In this document: one piece after another, positions 28,506 through 40,989 of the stretch
Layout of the letters: every line of letters begins with the position of its first letter
Position numbering within the stretch: position 1 is the first letter of the stretch
Source: Pristiophorus japonicus
Lineage: Eukaryota
Direction: 5' to 3'
Length of the DNA: 64,000 nucleotides
Assembly (NCBI RefSeq): GCF_044704955.1
Contig: NC_091981.1
Span: 5,890,001 to 5,954,000 of the forward strand
The notes under the pieces: model-generated
What the model was told of the DNA's origin: nothing
Databases searched by the model: none
The model's input: only the letters and a program-made list of their open reading frames with translations
Program-made: the position numbers and the translations under genes

Positions 28506-30420
28506 ACATAAGAACATAAGAATTAGGAACAGGAGTAGGCCATCTAGCCCCTCGAGCCTGCTCCGCCATTCAACAAGATCATGGCTGATCTGGCCGTGGA
28601 CTCAGCTGCACTTACCCGCCCGCTCCCCGTAACCCTTAATTCCCTTATTGGTTAAAAATCTATCTGTGACTTGAATACATTCAATGAGCTAGCCTCAACT
28701 GCTTCCTTGGGCAGAGAATTCCACAGATTCACAACCCTCTGGGAGAAGAAATTCCTTCTCAACTCGGTTTTAAATTGGCTCCCCCGTATTTTGAGGTTGT
28801 GCCCCCTAGTGCTAGTCTCCCCGACCAGTGGAAACAACCTCGCTGCCTCTATCTTGTCTATCCCTTTCATTATTTTAAATATTTCTATAAGATCCACCCT
28901 CATCCTTCTGAACTCCAATGAGTAAAGACCCAGTCTACTCAATCTATCATCATACGATAACCCCCTCATCTCCGGAATCAGCCTCGTGAATTGTCTCTGT
29001 ACCCCCTCCAAAGCTAGTATATCCTTCCTCAAGTAAGGTGACCAAAACTGCACGCAGTACTCCAGGTGCGGCCTCACCAATACCCTGTACAGTTGTAGAA
29101 GGACCTCCCTGCTTTTGTACTCCATCCCTCTCGCAATGAAGGCCAACATTCCATTCGCCTTCCTGATTACCTGCTGCACCTGCAAAATAACTTTTTGGGA
29201 TTCATGCACAAGGATCCACCGGTACGCTCACGGCCATCCGCGAGAGGTGGGCACCGGAGGGACTGGAGTGCGTCATCACGCCCGGCAACCAAATTTTAAT
29301 TTGATTTTATGTTTTTAAGTTAATTTGTTTTAATTGCCGGTGCTTTTAGTGTCCCCCTCCCCTTTTATAGGGGGCACTTGGAGGGAAAAAAAAGGGGGAA
29401 AAAAAGCCTTATAATTGGTTGGTGTTTCCCCCAGATCGGGGGGGGCACGGTTTAATGTTTTTTGTTTACTCCCAAAAAGAGTTTCATGCACAAGGACCCC
29501 CAGTTCCCTCTGCACCGCAGCATGTTGTAATTTCTCCCCATTCAAATAATATTCCCTTTTACTGTTTTTTTCCCCCAAGGTGGATGACCTCACACTTTCC
29601 GACATTGTATTCCATCTGCCAAACCTTAGCCCATTCGCTTAACCTATCCAAATCTCTTTGCAGCCTCTCTGTGTCCTCTACACAACCCGCTTTCCCACTA
29701 ATCTTTGTGTCATCTGCAAATTTTGTTACACTACACTCTGTCCCCTCTTCCAGGTCATCTATGTATATTGTAAACAGTTGTGGTCCCAGCACCGATCCCT
29801 GTGGCACACCACTAACCACCGATTTCCAACCTGAAAAGGACCCATTTATCTCGACTCTCTGCTTTCTGTTCGCCAGCAAATTCTCTATCCATGCTAATAC
29901 ATTTCCTCTGACTCCGCGTACCCTTATCTTCTGCAGTAACCTTTTGTGTGGCACCTTATCGAATGCCTTTTGAAAATCTAAATACACCACATCCATCGGT
30001 ACACCTCGATCTACCATGCTCGTTATATCCTCAAAGAATTCCAGTAAATTAGTTAAACATGATTTCCCCTTCATGAATCCATGCTGTGTCTGCTTGATTG
30101 CACTATTCCTATCTAGATGTCCAGCCATTTCTTCCTTAATGATAGTTTCAAGCATTTTCCCCACTACAGATGTTAAACTAACTGGCCTATAGTTACCTGC
30201 CTTTTGTCTGCCCCCTTTTTTAAACAGAGGCGTTACATTAGCTGTTTTCCAATCCGCTGGTACCTCCCCAGAGTCCAGAGACTTTTGGTAGATTATAACG
30301 AATGCATCTGCTATAACTTCCGCCATCTCTTTTAATACCCTGGGATGCATTTCATCAGGACCAGGGGACTTGTCTACCTTGAGTCCCATTAGCCTGTCCA
30401 GCACTACCCCCCTAGTGATA
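28506..30420 (-). mobile_element. 5'-truncated young CR1 LINE inserted in the Gypsy RT
   Basis: 7-bp TSD GAAGCCT (28499-28505 and 30421-30427). Removing it restores PVMKPDGSVRICGDY. CR1 RT motifs PQGSVLGP and KFADDT. Confidence 0.95.
29215..29482 (+). mobile_element. 5'-truncated Tx1/L1-type LINE 3' end inserted in the CR1
   Basis: 14-bp TSD TTCATGCACAAGGA (29201-29214 and 29483-29496). Ends an ORF with RERWAPEGLECVITPGNQILI-stop, the same family as 7401-7766. Confidence 0.8.
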
Positions 30421-33400
30421 GAAGCCTGATGGATCCGTACGAATCTGTGGGGACTACAAATCTACCATAAACAGAGTCTCCCTACAGTACCAATACCCGC
30501 TGCCCAGAGCGGAGGACTTATTTGCCACATTGGCTGGAGGTAAACTTTTCTCAAAACTAGATCTCACATCTGCGTATATGACGTAAGAATTGGCCAACAA
30601 TCTAAGCTACTCACCACCATCAACACACATCGAGGCCTTTTCATGTACAATCGATGCCCATTCGGCATCAGGTCGGCAGCTGCCATATTCCAACGCAACA
30701 TGGAGAGTCTGCTCAAGTCCATCCCGGGGACGGTTGTATTTCAAGACGACGTACTTATCATGGGCAAGGACACCGACTCCCATCTCCGCAATTTGGAGGA
30801 AGTACTAAAGCGGTTGGATCGGGTAGGCCTAAGAGTTAAGAAATCCAAGTGCCTGTTTCTCGCGCCCAAGGTTGAATTATTGGGCAGAAGGATTGCCGCT
30901 GATGGAATCCGCCCAACAGAGTCCAAAACAGAAGCAATTCGCCTGGCACCCAGGCCCCGGAATGTCTCAGAACTGCGCGCCTTTCTCGGGCTACTCAATT
31001 ACTTTGGGAACTTTATGCAGAACTTAAGCACGTTGCTGGAGCCTCTCCACGTGCTACTCAGAAAGGGGTGCGATTGGTTTTGGGGTAACGCCCAGAAACG
31101 CGCCTTCAATAAGGCATGCAACCTTCTGTGTTCCAACAGTGTTTTGGCTTTCTTTGATCCAGGTAAAAAGCTAGTTCTTACATGTGATGTGTCAGCGTAC
31201 GGGGTCGGGTGCGTTTTACAACATGTTAATAGTGCGGGTAAATTACAACCCATAGCTTATGCCTCCGGGTCACTTTCGCGGGCGGAGCGCGGGTACGGAA
31301 TGGTAGAGAAGGAGGCACTCGCGTGCGTGTACGGTGTCAAAAAGATGCACCAATACATTTTCGGGGCCAAGTTCGCATTAGAAACTGACCACAGGCCCCT
31401 CACGTCCCTACTATCCGAAAGCAAGGCAATAAACGCCAACGCCTCGGCGCGAATTCAACGGTGGGCACTCATGCTGGAGTCCTACGACTATACCATAAGG
31501 CACAGACCAGGCACAGACAACTGTGCCGACACGCTCAGCAGGTTACCCCTGGCGACCACGGAAGGGTCTGACGAACAGGACTGTAAGATAGTCATGGCAA
31601 TCAATGCCTTTGAGTCCACAGGTTCGCCCATGACGGCTCGCCAAATCAGAGCCTGGACGGCCAGCGACCCCACGTTATTCTTGGTAAAAAGATGTGTCCT
31701 AACCGGTGACTGGGCAGAGGCTCGCGATGCCTGCCCCGAGGAGATCAAACCTTTCCATAGGCGCATGCATGGGCTATCACTACAAACAGACTGCCTGATG
31801 TGGGGCAGCCGAGTAGTCATGCCTCTGCGAGGCAGAGAGGAATTTGTCCGGGGGCACCACCGCGAGCACCCGGGGATCATTCTCATGAAGGCCATAGCCA
31901 GATCCCACGTCTGGTGGCCTGGTATTGACGCGGACTTCGAGCTCTGCGGCCGACGGTGCACCATTTGTGCCCAGCTCAGTAATGCCCCCAGGGAGGCCCC
32001 CCTGAGCCCCTGGCCCACCAAACCGTGGTCGCGGGTGCACGTAGACTCTGCGGGCCCATTCATGGGCAAAATGTTCCTCGTAGTTGTAGATGCATTTTCT
32101 AAGTGGATCGAATGCACCATTTTAAACTCGAGCACCACCTCCACCACTGTGGAGAGCCTCGCAACCATGTTCGCAACGCACGGAATCCCTGACATATTGT
32201 TCAGTGACAATGGTCCGTGCTTCACCAGCGCAGAATTCCAAGATTTTTTAAGTGACCACGGCATAAATCACGTTAAGACGGCACCGTTCAAGCTGGCCTC
32301 CAACGGCCAGGAGGAGCGAGTAGTGCAGATCATTAAACAAGGCATGCTTAAAATCCAAGGTCCCATGCTGCAGGACCACCTGTCGCGACAGCTGCTGGCA
32401 TACAGATCTCGTCCTCATTCATTGGCTGGAGTTCCCCCCGCGCAACTATTAATGAAACGGACCTTAAAGACAAGGCTCTCATTAATCCTCCCAGACATGC
32501 ATGAAATCGCTGAGGCAAAGCGCCGTAAGCTAACCGAGTACCATGACCGAAATTCGAGGGGGAGGTGGAATGAGATAGGGGACAAAGTGTTTGTGCTAAA
32601 CTATGGCAGGGGTCCCAAATGGCTTTCAGGGAGAGTGACAGGCAAGGAAGGAAACAGGTTACTGGTGGTACCAATGGTCAATGGCCAAACCTGCCGGAGG
32701 CACGTAGACCAAGTCAAAAGTAGATTTACCAACAACACTGCGGAACCAGAGGCAGACTACAATGTGGAACTCACACCACACCTGGTGGACAGACAGAGGG
32801 AACAACCTGAGGAAAGGGCAATCCCAACAGACAGCCCAGGCAAGACACCAACAATCACACTGAACGAAACAGACAGCCCAGGCGAGATACCAGTAATCAC
32901 CCCGAAAGAACAACAGGCACCAAGGCAAACGACTGAACCACAACTAAGATGCTCCATGCGAGAGCGTAGACCACCTGAGAGACTGAACCTATAAAGACAA
33001 TAAGATCTTTGGGGGGGGGTGATGTCATGTATCTCACACTAATGTACATAACTGTATCTTACCATGCTGTACATGACTGTAACTAGAGATGACCTGTAAC
33101 CACTAGCTTACCTTACCACCAGGGGTACACTTGCAGGAGACACTGGATACCTGTCCCAGACAGGTATATAAGGTTAGGTCTCAGGCAAGTGAGGCATTCG
33201 AGAGCTGTGTAATAAAGATGCAGGTCCTGAGTGATCTTGACTTCAGTATGTGCCTCATGTGAATCTGTACTGCAGGGACAGGTCTTTACACATTTATTGT
33301 GTATTTCCCTTCCTTGTTAGCCCTCCCCAAATGCATTACCTCACACTCCTCCAGATTGAATTCCATTTGCCACTGTTCTGCCCACCTGACCAGTTCATTG

Positions 33401-33869
33401 ATATCTTCCTGCAGTCTACAACTTTCTTCTTCATTATCAACCAGACAGCTGATTTTAGTGTCAGCTGCAAACTTCTTAATCATACCCCCTATATGCAAGT
33501 CTAATTTATTGATATATACCACAAAAAGCAAGAGACCCAGCACTGAGCCCTGCGGAACCCCACTGGAAACATCCTTCCAGTCACAAAGACACCCACCAAC
33601 CATTACCCTCGGCTTCCTGCCTCTGAGCCAATTTTGGATCCAACTTGCCACTTTGCCCTGGATCCCATGGGCTTTTACTTTCGTGACCAGTCTGCCATGT
33701 GGGACTTTATCAAAAGCCTTGCTAAAATCCATATACACTACATCGTACGCACCACCCTCATCGACCCTCCTTGGGTTTTTGTTTTTTTTGACTGAAGTAT
33801 ATTTTGATTCTCACTGAAGCACTTAAGAATCAAATCACAAATGGAGTTTGAACCCATTTCAGCCTATTC

Positions 33870-34185
33870 GAATGAGGCGTTAAACCGAGGCCCCGCCTAC
33901 TCTCAGGTGGACGGAAAAGATCCCACGGCACTATTTCGAAGAAGAGCAGGGGAGTTATCCCCAGTGTCCTGAGGCCAACATTTGTCTCTCAACCAACATC
34001 ACTAAAAACAGATTATCCGGACATTATCACATTGCTGTTTATGGGAGCTTGCTGTGCGCAAATTGGCTGTCGCGTTTCCCACATTATAACAGTGACTCCA
34101 AAAAGTACTTCATTGGTTGTGAAGCACTTTGAGACATCCGGTGGCCGTGAAATGCGCGATAGAAATGCAAGTCTTTCTTTCTTCT
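33870..34185 (+). mobile_element. Deu-type SINE 3' half
   Basis: Core and tail match the other copies. Confidence 0.85.
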
Positions 34186-34551
34186 TTCTATTCCTTCAAA
34201 ACAGAACAGGTTCCAGACATAAACCAACTATTTATCCTGCTCAAGTACGGCATCCATGTGACCCTGCTTTAAAATGAATCCAACGTTACAATAGCAAGAT
34301 TATGGATACCCAGGAATTACTTTGTAGTTAGGATCTGTTGTTCCTGTTGTTTGATTCTCTGTAAGCAATCTTCCACGTTAGTCATGGCTATTTTTTTTAA
34401 TTGCCTTTTCACGAGTGTGAAAAATATCACACACGCACATATATACACAAAAGATCGATAAAGTGGACTTACATAATAGGTATGCAGCAAAGATCACCTT
34501 AAGTGTTCTTATAAAACATTTCAATGAGGATTTTTTCTTGCCATGTTCATA

Positions 34552-35343
34552 ACAAACAGTAAAAGGGAATATTATTTGCATGGGGAGAAATTACAACATG
34601 CTGCGGTGCAGAGGCTCCTGGGGGTCCTTGTGCATGAATCCCAAAAAGTTAGTTTGCAGGTGCAGCAGGTAATCAGGAAGGTGAATGGAATGTTGGCCTT
34701 CATTGCGAGAGGGATGGAGTACAAAAGCAGAGAGGTACTGCTGCAACTGTACAGGGTATTGGTGAGGCCGCATCTGGAGTACTGCGTGCAGTTTTGGTCA
34801 CCTTACTTAAGGAAGGATATACTAGCTTTGGAGGGGGTACAGAGACGATTCACTAGGCTGATTCCAGAGATGAGGGGGTTACCTTATGATGATAGATTGA
34901 GTAGACTGGGTCTTTACTCGTTGGAGTTCAGAAGGATGAAGGGTGACCTTATAGAAACATTTAAAATAATGAAAGGGATAGACAAGATAGAGGCAGAGAG
35001 CTTGTTTCCACTGGTCCGGGAGACTAGAACTAAGGGGCACAGCCTCAAAATAGGGGGGAGCCAATTTAAAACCGAATTGAGAAGGAATTTCTTCTCGCAG
35101 AGGGTTGTGAATCTGTGGAATTCTCTGCCCAAGGAAGCAGTTGAGGCTAGCTCATTGAATGTATTCAAATCACAGATAGATAGATTTTTAACCAATAAGG
35201 GAATTAAGGGATAAGGAGAGCGGGCGGGTAAGTGGAGCTGAGTCCACGGCCAGATCAGCCATGATCTTTTTGAGTGGCGGAGCAGGCTCGAGGGGCTAGA
35301 TGGCCTACTCCTGTTCCTAATTCTTATGTTCTTATGTTCTTAT
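34552..35343 (+). mobile_element. 5'-truncated young CR1
   Basis: ORF 34543-35214 (RPHLEYCVQFWSP) and CR1 tail repeats. Confidence 0.93.
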
Positions 35344-35374
35344 AATTGGTCACCCACTGACCTCTTCCTGGGGC

Positions 35375-35388
35375 GTCTCCATGGCAAC
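35375..35388. promoter_or_regulatory. Candidate RFX X-box in the NEK11 intron
   Basis: GTCTCCATGGCAAC closely matches the canonical GTTGCCATGGCAAC-type motif and lies in a short non-TE island. Confidence 0.35.
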
Positions 35389-35884
35389 ACAGCACTGCTA
35401 ACTCGGTGTAAACTATTACGGAACCGAGCCCATGCCTTGGCACAGAGATGGCAGCCACAAATCACAGACTATTTCCTCGCTGTATGACAAGGCAGAATTC
35501 CAAAAACAGGCACAAAGTGCTTCTGCTGAAAGTGATGAAAATATTAATTTTTCTCAACCATCGGCGGCCGTGCCTTCAGCTGCCCGGGCCCCAAGCTGGA
35601 ATTCCCTCCCTAAACCTCTCCACCTCTCTGCCTCTCTCTCCTCCTTTAAGGTGCTCCTTAAAACCGACCTCTTTGACCATTTTGGTCACCTGCGCTAATA
35701 TCTGGCTCGGTGTGAAATTGTGTTTGATAATGCCCTTGTGAAGCGCCTTGGGACGTTAAAGGCGCTATATAAATGCAAGTTGTTGTTGTCGTTGTCTATT
35801 CATCACAAGCCTAGTCCCATTTACCTAATAAAAGTAAATGATACTGCTACATTACTACAGGACTCGACTTACTGTCGCTAACTG

Positions 35885-36150
35885 TGTAATAGAGCTGCCC
35901 CTAGTGGATGACTGATGTACTGCAACTACTGATGTAAATAATAAAGGGTCATGTGGCAAAGTCACAAGATGACAGGTTTCTGCATTCGAGCCATCTTGTG
36001 TGCAGTGTGCTTCGTAGTGATGTTGTAGGAACGTATCACATTGGCGATGAGGATGGGATAATCGGATTGCCTAGCTGAAATTTTTGTTGGTGAATAATCC
36101 AGCCAACCGACAGAGAAAATTTGAGAGGTTCTTTGTTTTGCAGAACAGCT
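35885..36150 (+). mobile_element. LTR plus tRNA-Ser PBS and a short internal remnant
   Basis: tgtaatagag...tatcaca (to 36040) followed by TGGCGATGAGGATGGGAT. Confidence 0.75.
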
Positions 36151-36559
36151 AAAAATGCGCTAAAACCTAATATTTCGCAAGGGAACTGGAAACATTAAAT
36201 GGTAGAAAGTAGGCTCATTAATGAACGTTTCCCTTATATTATCTTCTGACACAGCCGCACAGCTTGGTCAAGGAATACTGTTCTGAAGCAGAATGAAAAT
36301 GCCAGTTATTAAATACTCTATGAAATGTACTAAATACTATTACATTATGTATCAAAACTGGTCATTTACTCTATATAATTAGCTATTTAAAAAAAATATA
36401 TATAGCAAAACATGAGGCTAAAAGTACAGGTGACCAACAATATTCCCCACTGACTGCTAGGTAGTGAGCAGGAATAGCTCGGAAATATTTATCCCTCAGA
36501 AATCGCTCTCCACCAAGGAAAACTAGCCTCTACTTTGTTGCCCACCGTGTTCTGATTGT

Positions 36560-37290
36560 GTAAGCCGTGGTTCAGCGGGTAGCACACTCACATCTCTGAG
36601 TCAGAGATTGTGGGTTCAAGTCCCACTCCAGAGACTTGAGCACAGCAATCTAGGCTGACACTCCCAGTGCAGTGCTGAGGGAGTGCCGCAATGTCGGAGG
36701 GGCAGTGCTGAGGGAGTGCTGCACTGTCGGAGGGGCAGTGCTGAGGGAGTGACGCAATGTCGGAGGGGCAGTACTGAGGGAGCGCCGCACTGTCGGAGGG
36801 GCAGTACTGAGGGAGCGCCGCACGGTTGGAGGGGTAGTACTGAGGGAGCGCCGCACTGTCGGAGGGGCAGTGCTGAGGGAGTGCCGCAATGTCGGCGGGG
36901 CAGTGCTGAGGGAGCGGCGCTCTGTCGGAGGGGCAGTGCTGAGGGAGTGCCGTACTGTCGGAGTTGCCAACTCTTGGGTGAGACGTTACACCGAGGCCCC
37001 GTCTGCTCTCTCAGGCGGACATAAAAGATCCCACGGCACTATTTCGAAGAAGAGCAGGGGAGTTATCCCCGGTGTCCTGGGGCCAATATTTATCCCTCAA
37101 TCAAAATCACTAAAACAGATTATCTGGTCATTATCACATTGCTGCTTGTGGGAGCTTGCTGTGCACAAATTGACTGCTGCGTTTCCCACATTACAACTGT
37201 GACCACACTCCAAAAAGTACTTAATTGGCTGTAATGCGCTTTGGGACGTCTGGTGGTCGTGAAAGGCGCTATATTAATGCAAGTCTCTTC
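36560..37290 (+). mobile_element. Deu-type SINE with about nine 33-bp repeats
   Basis: Complete head, array, core and tail. Confidence 0.9.
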
Positions 37291-37531
37291 TATTTTTCGG
37301 ATAGCAAGCTCAGCAAAGTGGGCTGAGGAACTGGGGAAAATCAAACAGCCAGAATCTATCGCTGCTCCAATGTGCTGCTTCGCTTTGTCACACTGCCTTA
37401 AAGTAGCCCATCAGAGGAAGAAGTACAGACAGCTCATTTTGGAAACATAGAATCACTAAGGACAGGAATGTCTTTTTGACCTAAGCTATCACTGAGGAGG
37501 ACACCAGAAATTGATAAATGAGACACCGCTG

Positions 37532-37674
37532 TGTGATATGTTCTTTACCACATCACAAGCACACAAGATGGCGGTACAGGAACTTGTCATGTGACCTTGG
37601 CGCATGATCCTTTTATTGTATTTAAATGAGTAGTTGCATTACCACAGTAGCTCACCAGGTGGAACTCTATTACA
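37532..37674 (-). mobile_element. Solo LTR of the same family as 35885
   Basis: The reverse complement reads tgtaatagag...gccatcttgtgtgc...tatcaca. Confidence 0.7.
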
Positions 37675-37736
37675 CTCTGAGGGATACAAGAGGATGCTAC
37701 TCCGGTTCTTAGTTCAAGCAAAGGGAAATCTGGGAT

Positions 37737-37976
37737 TATCATGTATGTACGCACCTTGTTAATGACTCCATGAGGACTGCAGTCCTTTATTTGCAGCTCC
37801 TAGAGTGAGGACACCAAGAGGTGAGCTCCCTTTTATACTGGGTTACCTGCAGTGTGCAGGTGACCCTTAGGTCTCCTGCAGCAGCACCCTCTGGTGTACA
37901 GGTAAGGTATATACAGGTTGAAGGTACATTCAGTGTTACTGACATCATGTAACAATACAAGCATGCATACATAACA
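37737..37976 (-). mobile_element. Solo LTR related to the 26600 Gypsy LTR
   Basis: 5-bp TSD GGGAT on both sides, short terminal inverted repeats, TATA and AATAAA on the minus strand. Confidence 0.8.
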
Positions 37977-38426
37977 GGGATAGTCAAAGCCCATGCAATA
38001 TTAATCTTTTCTATTTAACCGTAGCGATGTCCTTCATTTAGATTTTTCAGTAATACAAAGGTTGATCGCAAGAGGGCTCCAACCTACAAAAAGAGCTCCA
38101 TACTGTCCCCTGGGAAATCACACACCCGCACTCACTCATATCCTCAATCAGAGAAATTTACGGCAGAGAAGGAGGCCCATCGTGTCCACGCCGGCCGAAA
38201 AAGATCCATCCAGCCCAATCTCACTTTCCAGCTTTTGTTCCGTAGCCCTGTAGGTTACGTCACTTACATAGAAACATAGAAAATAGGTGCAGGAGTAGGC
38301 CATTCGGCCCTCCGAGCATGCACCATTCAATATGATCATGCCTGATCATGAAACTTCAGTACCCCATCCCTGTTTTCTCTCCATACCCACTGATCCCGTT
38401 AGCCGTAAGGGCCACATCTAAATCCT

Positions 38427-39655
38427 TCAACAACAACAACTTGTATTTATATAGCGCCTTTAACGTAGTGAAACCTCCCAAGGTGCTTCATAGGAGTATT
38501 ATGAGATTAAGAATTTGACACCGAGCCACATAGGTAGAAATTAGCACAGGTGACCAAAAGCTTGGTCAAAGAGGTAGGTTTTAAGGAGCGTCTGGAAGGA
38601 GGAAAGAGAGGTAGAGACATAGGGAGGGAGTTCCAGAGCTTGGGGCCCAGGCAACAGAAGGCACGGCCACCAATGGTGGAGCGATTACAATCAGGGATGC
38701 TCAAGGGAGCAGAATTAGAGGAACGCAGACATCTCGGGGGGGGGGGGGAGTTGTGGGGCTGGAGGAGATTACAGAGATAGAGAGGGGCAAGGCCATGGAG
38801 AGATTTGAAAATAAGGATGAGAATTTTGAAATTGTGGCGTTGCTTAAACGGGAGCCAATGTAGGTCAGCGAGCACAGGGTGATGGGTGAGCAGGACTGGG
38901 TGCGAGTTAGGACGCGGGGCAGCGAGCACAGGGGTGATGGGCGAGCGGGACTTGGTGCGAGTTAGAACACGGGTCAGCGAACACAGGGGGTGATGGGTGA
39001 GTGGGACTCAGTGCGAGTTAGGACATGGGGCAGCGAGCACAGGGGTGATGGGTGAGCAGGACTTGGTGCGAGTTAGGACACAGGGCAGCGAGCACAGGGG
39101 TGATGGATGAGCGGGACTTGGTGCGAGTTAGGACACGGGGCAGCGAGCACAGGGGGTGATGAGTGAGTGGGACTTGGTGCGAGTTAGGACATGGGGCACA
39201 GGGGCTGATGGGTGAGCGGGACTTGGTGCGAGTTAGGACACGGGGCAGCGAGCACAGGGGGTGATGGGTGAGCGGGATTTGGTGCGAGTTAGGACACGGG
39301 TCAGCGAGCACAGGGGGTGATGAGTGAGTGGGACTTGGTGCGAGTTAGGACACGGGTCAGCAAGCACAGGGGGTGATGGGTGAGCGGGACTTGGTGCGAG
39401 TAAGGACACAGGTCAGCGAGCACAGGGGGTGATGGGTGAGCGGGACTTGGTGCGAGTAAGGACACAGGTCAGCGAGCACAGCGGGTGATGGGTGAACGGG
39501 ACTTGGTGCGAGTTAGGACACGGGTCAGTGAGCACAGGGGGTGATGGGTGAGCGGGACTCGGTGTGAGTTAGGACACGGGGCAGCCGAGTTTTGGATCAC
39601 CTCTAGTTTACGTTGGTTAGAATGTGGGAGGCCGGCCAGGAGCATGTTGGAATAG
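38427..39655 (-). mobile_element. L2-clade LINE with an internal 55/56-bp tandem array (about 13 units, 38868-39583), nested with CR1 pieces
   Basis: ORF 38507-38929 contains LADLHWLP and GPKLWNSLP. Confidence 0.88.
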
Positions 39656-39826
39656 TGCATATCCAAGTACCTTTTAGATGTAGCGAGGGATTCTGCCTCA
39701 ATATTTTCAGTCAGGGACTGACCAGCACCCAGGCACAACAGCTCAGCAATCTCTGCAAGTTCTAGTTGTAACTAGCGATCATCAACTGTGACCACACTAC
39801 TTTTAAATTATGAAACTTCAACTTAC

Positions 39827-39993
39827 TGCTCTTCTCCTTTGCGTGATTTCTGGTCCAACACGAGATAAACCATCCCGAAACTGCCTCTGCCCAGTCTTTC
39901 CTTAACCAGGTACCTTTTTGCGATCAGTGACTCAATGCAGACCATTGCTAAAGGGTCTGTAACACTTTTCGTGGCTTCTCGGAATTTGGGCAT
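39827..39993 (-). CDS. NEK11: NEK11 (NIMA-related kinase 11) first coding exon
   Basis: Manual minus-strand translation from the ATG at 39993 gives MPKFREATKSVTDPLAMVCIESLIAKRYLVKERLGRGSFGMVYLVLDQKSRKGEE, with the kinase Gly-loop GRGSFG. It aligns by eye with the human NEK11 N-terminus (MLKFQEAAK...LIARRYVLQQKLGSGSFGTVYLVSDKKAKRGEE). The exon ends CA|gtaagt (phase 2), and an upstream acceptor ttgtttattgcag puts the exon start at 40082. It is head-to-head with ASTE1, as in human. Confidence 0.93.
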
Positions 39994-40234
39994 GTTTCCC
40001 TTCTCACGGAGCGAGTTCCGACAGCGTGCTTCCAGTACGCTTTATTTTGAATTTCCCAGACACAAAGCCACCCGATCACTCACTGCAATAAACAAGTGCC
40101 AAACGCAGCTGACACAGTTAAAGTACTGTATACTGTAAATAGCCCTGAAAATGAACATAAATCTTACATTAGCACTGCGATAAATACAAAATCTATTGAT
40201 CGAAGAATTATTACAACTTGCAACTAACAATCAT

Positions 40235-40917
40235 GAGCAGTAGGCATGCAGGTACAGCAGGCGGTGAAGAAGGCAAATGGCACTCTGGCCTTCACAGCGA
40301 GAGGATTTGAGTATAGGAGCAGGGAGGTCTTACTGCAGTTGTACAGGGCCTTGGTGAGGCCTCAGCTGGAATATTGTGTACAGTTTTGGTCCCCTAATCT
40401 GAGGAAGGACGTTCTTGCTATTGAGGGAGTGCAGCGAAGGTTCACCAGACTGATTCCCGGGATGGCAGGACTGACATATGAGGAGAGACTGGATCAACTA
40501 GGTTTATATTCATTGGAATTTAGAAGAGGATCTCATAGAAGCTTATAAAATTCTGACGGGATTGGACAGGTTCGATGCAGGAAGAATGTTCCCAATGTTG
40601 GGGGAAGTCCAGAACCAGGGGTCACAGTCTAAGGATAAGGGGTAAGCCATTTAGGACCGAGATGAAGAGAAACTTCTTCACTCAGAGAGTGGTGAACCTG
40701 TGGAATTCTCTACCACAGAAAGTTGTTGAGGCCAGTTCGTTCGATATATTCAAAAGGGAGTTAGATATGGCCCTTATGGCTAAAGGGATCAGGGGGTATG
40801 GAGAGAAAGCAGGGGTGAGGTACTGAGGTGAATGATAGCCATGATCATATTGAATGGTGGTGCAGGCTCGATGGGCCGAATGGCCTACTCCTCCACCTAT
40901 TTTCTATGTTTCTATGT
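40235..40917 (+). mobile_element. 5'-truncated CR1
   Basis: ORFs 40246-40548 and 40575-40826. Confidence 0.9.
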
Positions 40918-40989
40918 ACACCATTTAGTAAACAGAAGTTCAATATACCAATTAAAGAAAGACTTGCATTTGAAAGCGCCAAAATTTCT

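Larger units (their letters stand above)
26600..33290 (+). mobile_element. Full-length Gypsy/Ty3 LTR retrotransposon (Mag-clade-like), degenerate and interrupted by a CR1
   Basis: 268-bp TG...CA LTRs at 26600-26867 and 33023-33290, 5-bp TSD CATTT, PBS TGGCGACGAG at 26869 (complementary to the tRNA-Ser(GCU) 3' end) and a G-rich PPT at about 33011. Coding remnants: gag with Zn knuckle CWRCGGRHSSREC, protease ELDTGA, RT FQDD, RNase H and integrase (ORF 30643-32994). Confidence 0.97.
22040..33770 (-). mobile_element. Older CR1 split into three pieces (22040-22277, 26111-26599, 33296-33770) by later insertions
   Basis: The pieces join into a contiguous CR1 ORF2/3' end, e.g. ctaccattt|attgtgtatttccc across the Gypsy TSD. 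ORFs 26212-26508 and 33286-33738. Confidence 0.85.

Noticed and set aside
30643-32994. Domesticated integrase gene or active provirus
   Set aside because: Gag and RT carry stops and frameshifts plus a CR1 insertion, and the LTRs are diverged; this is a residual open frame.
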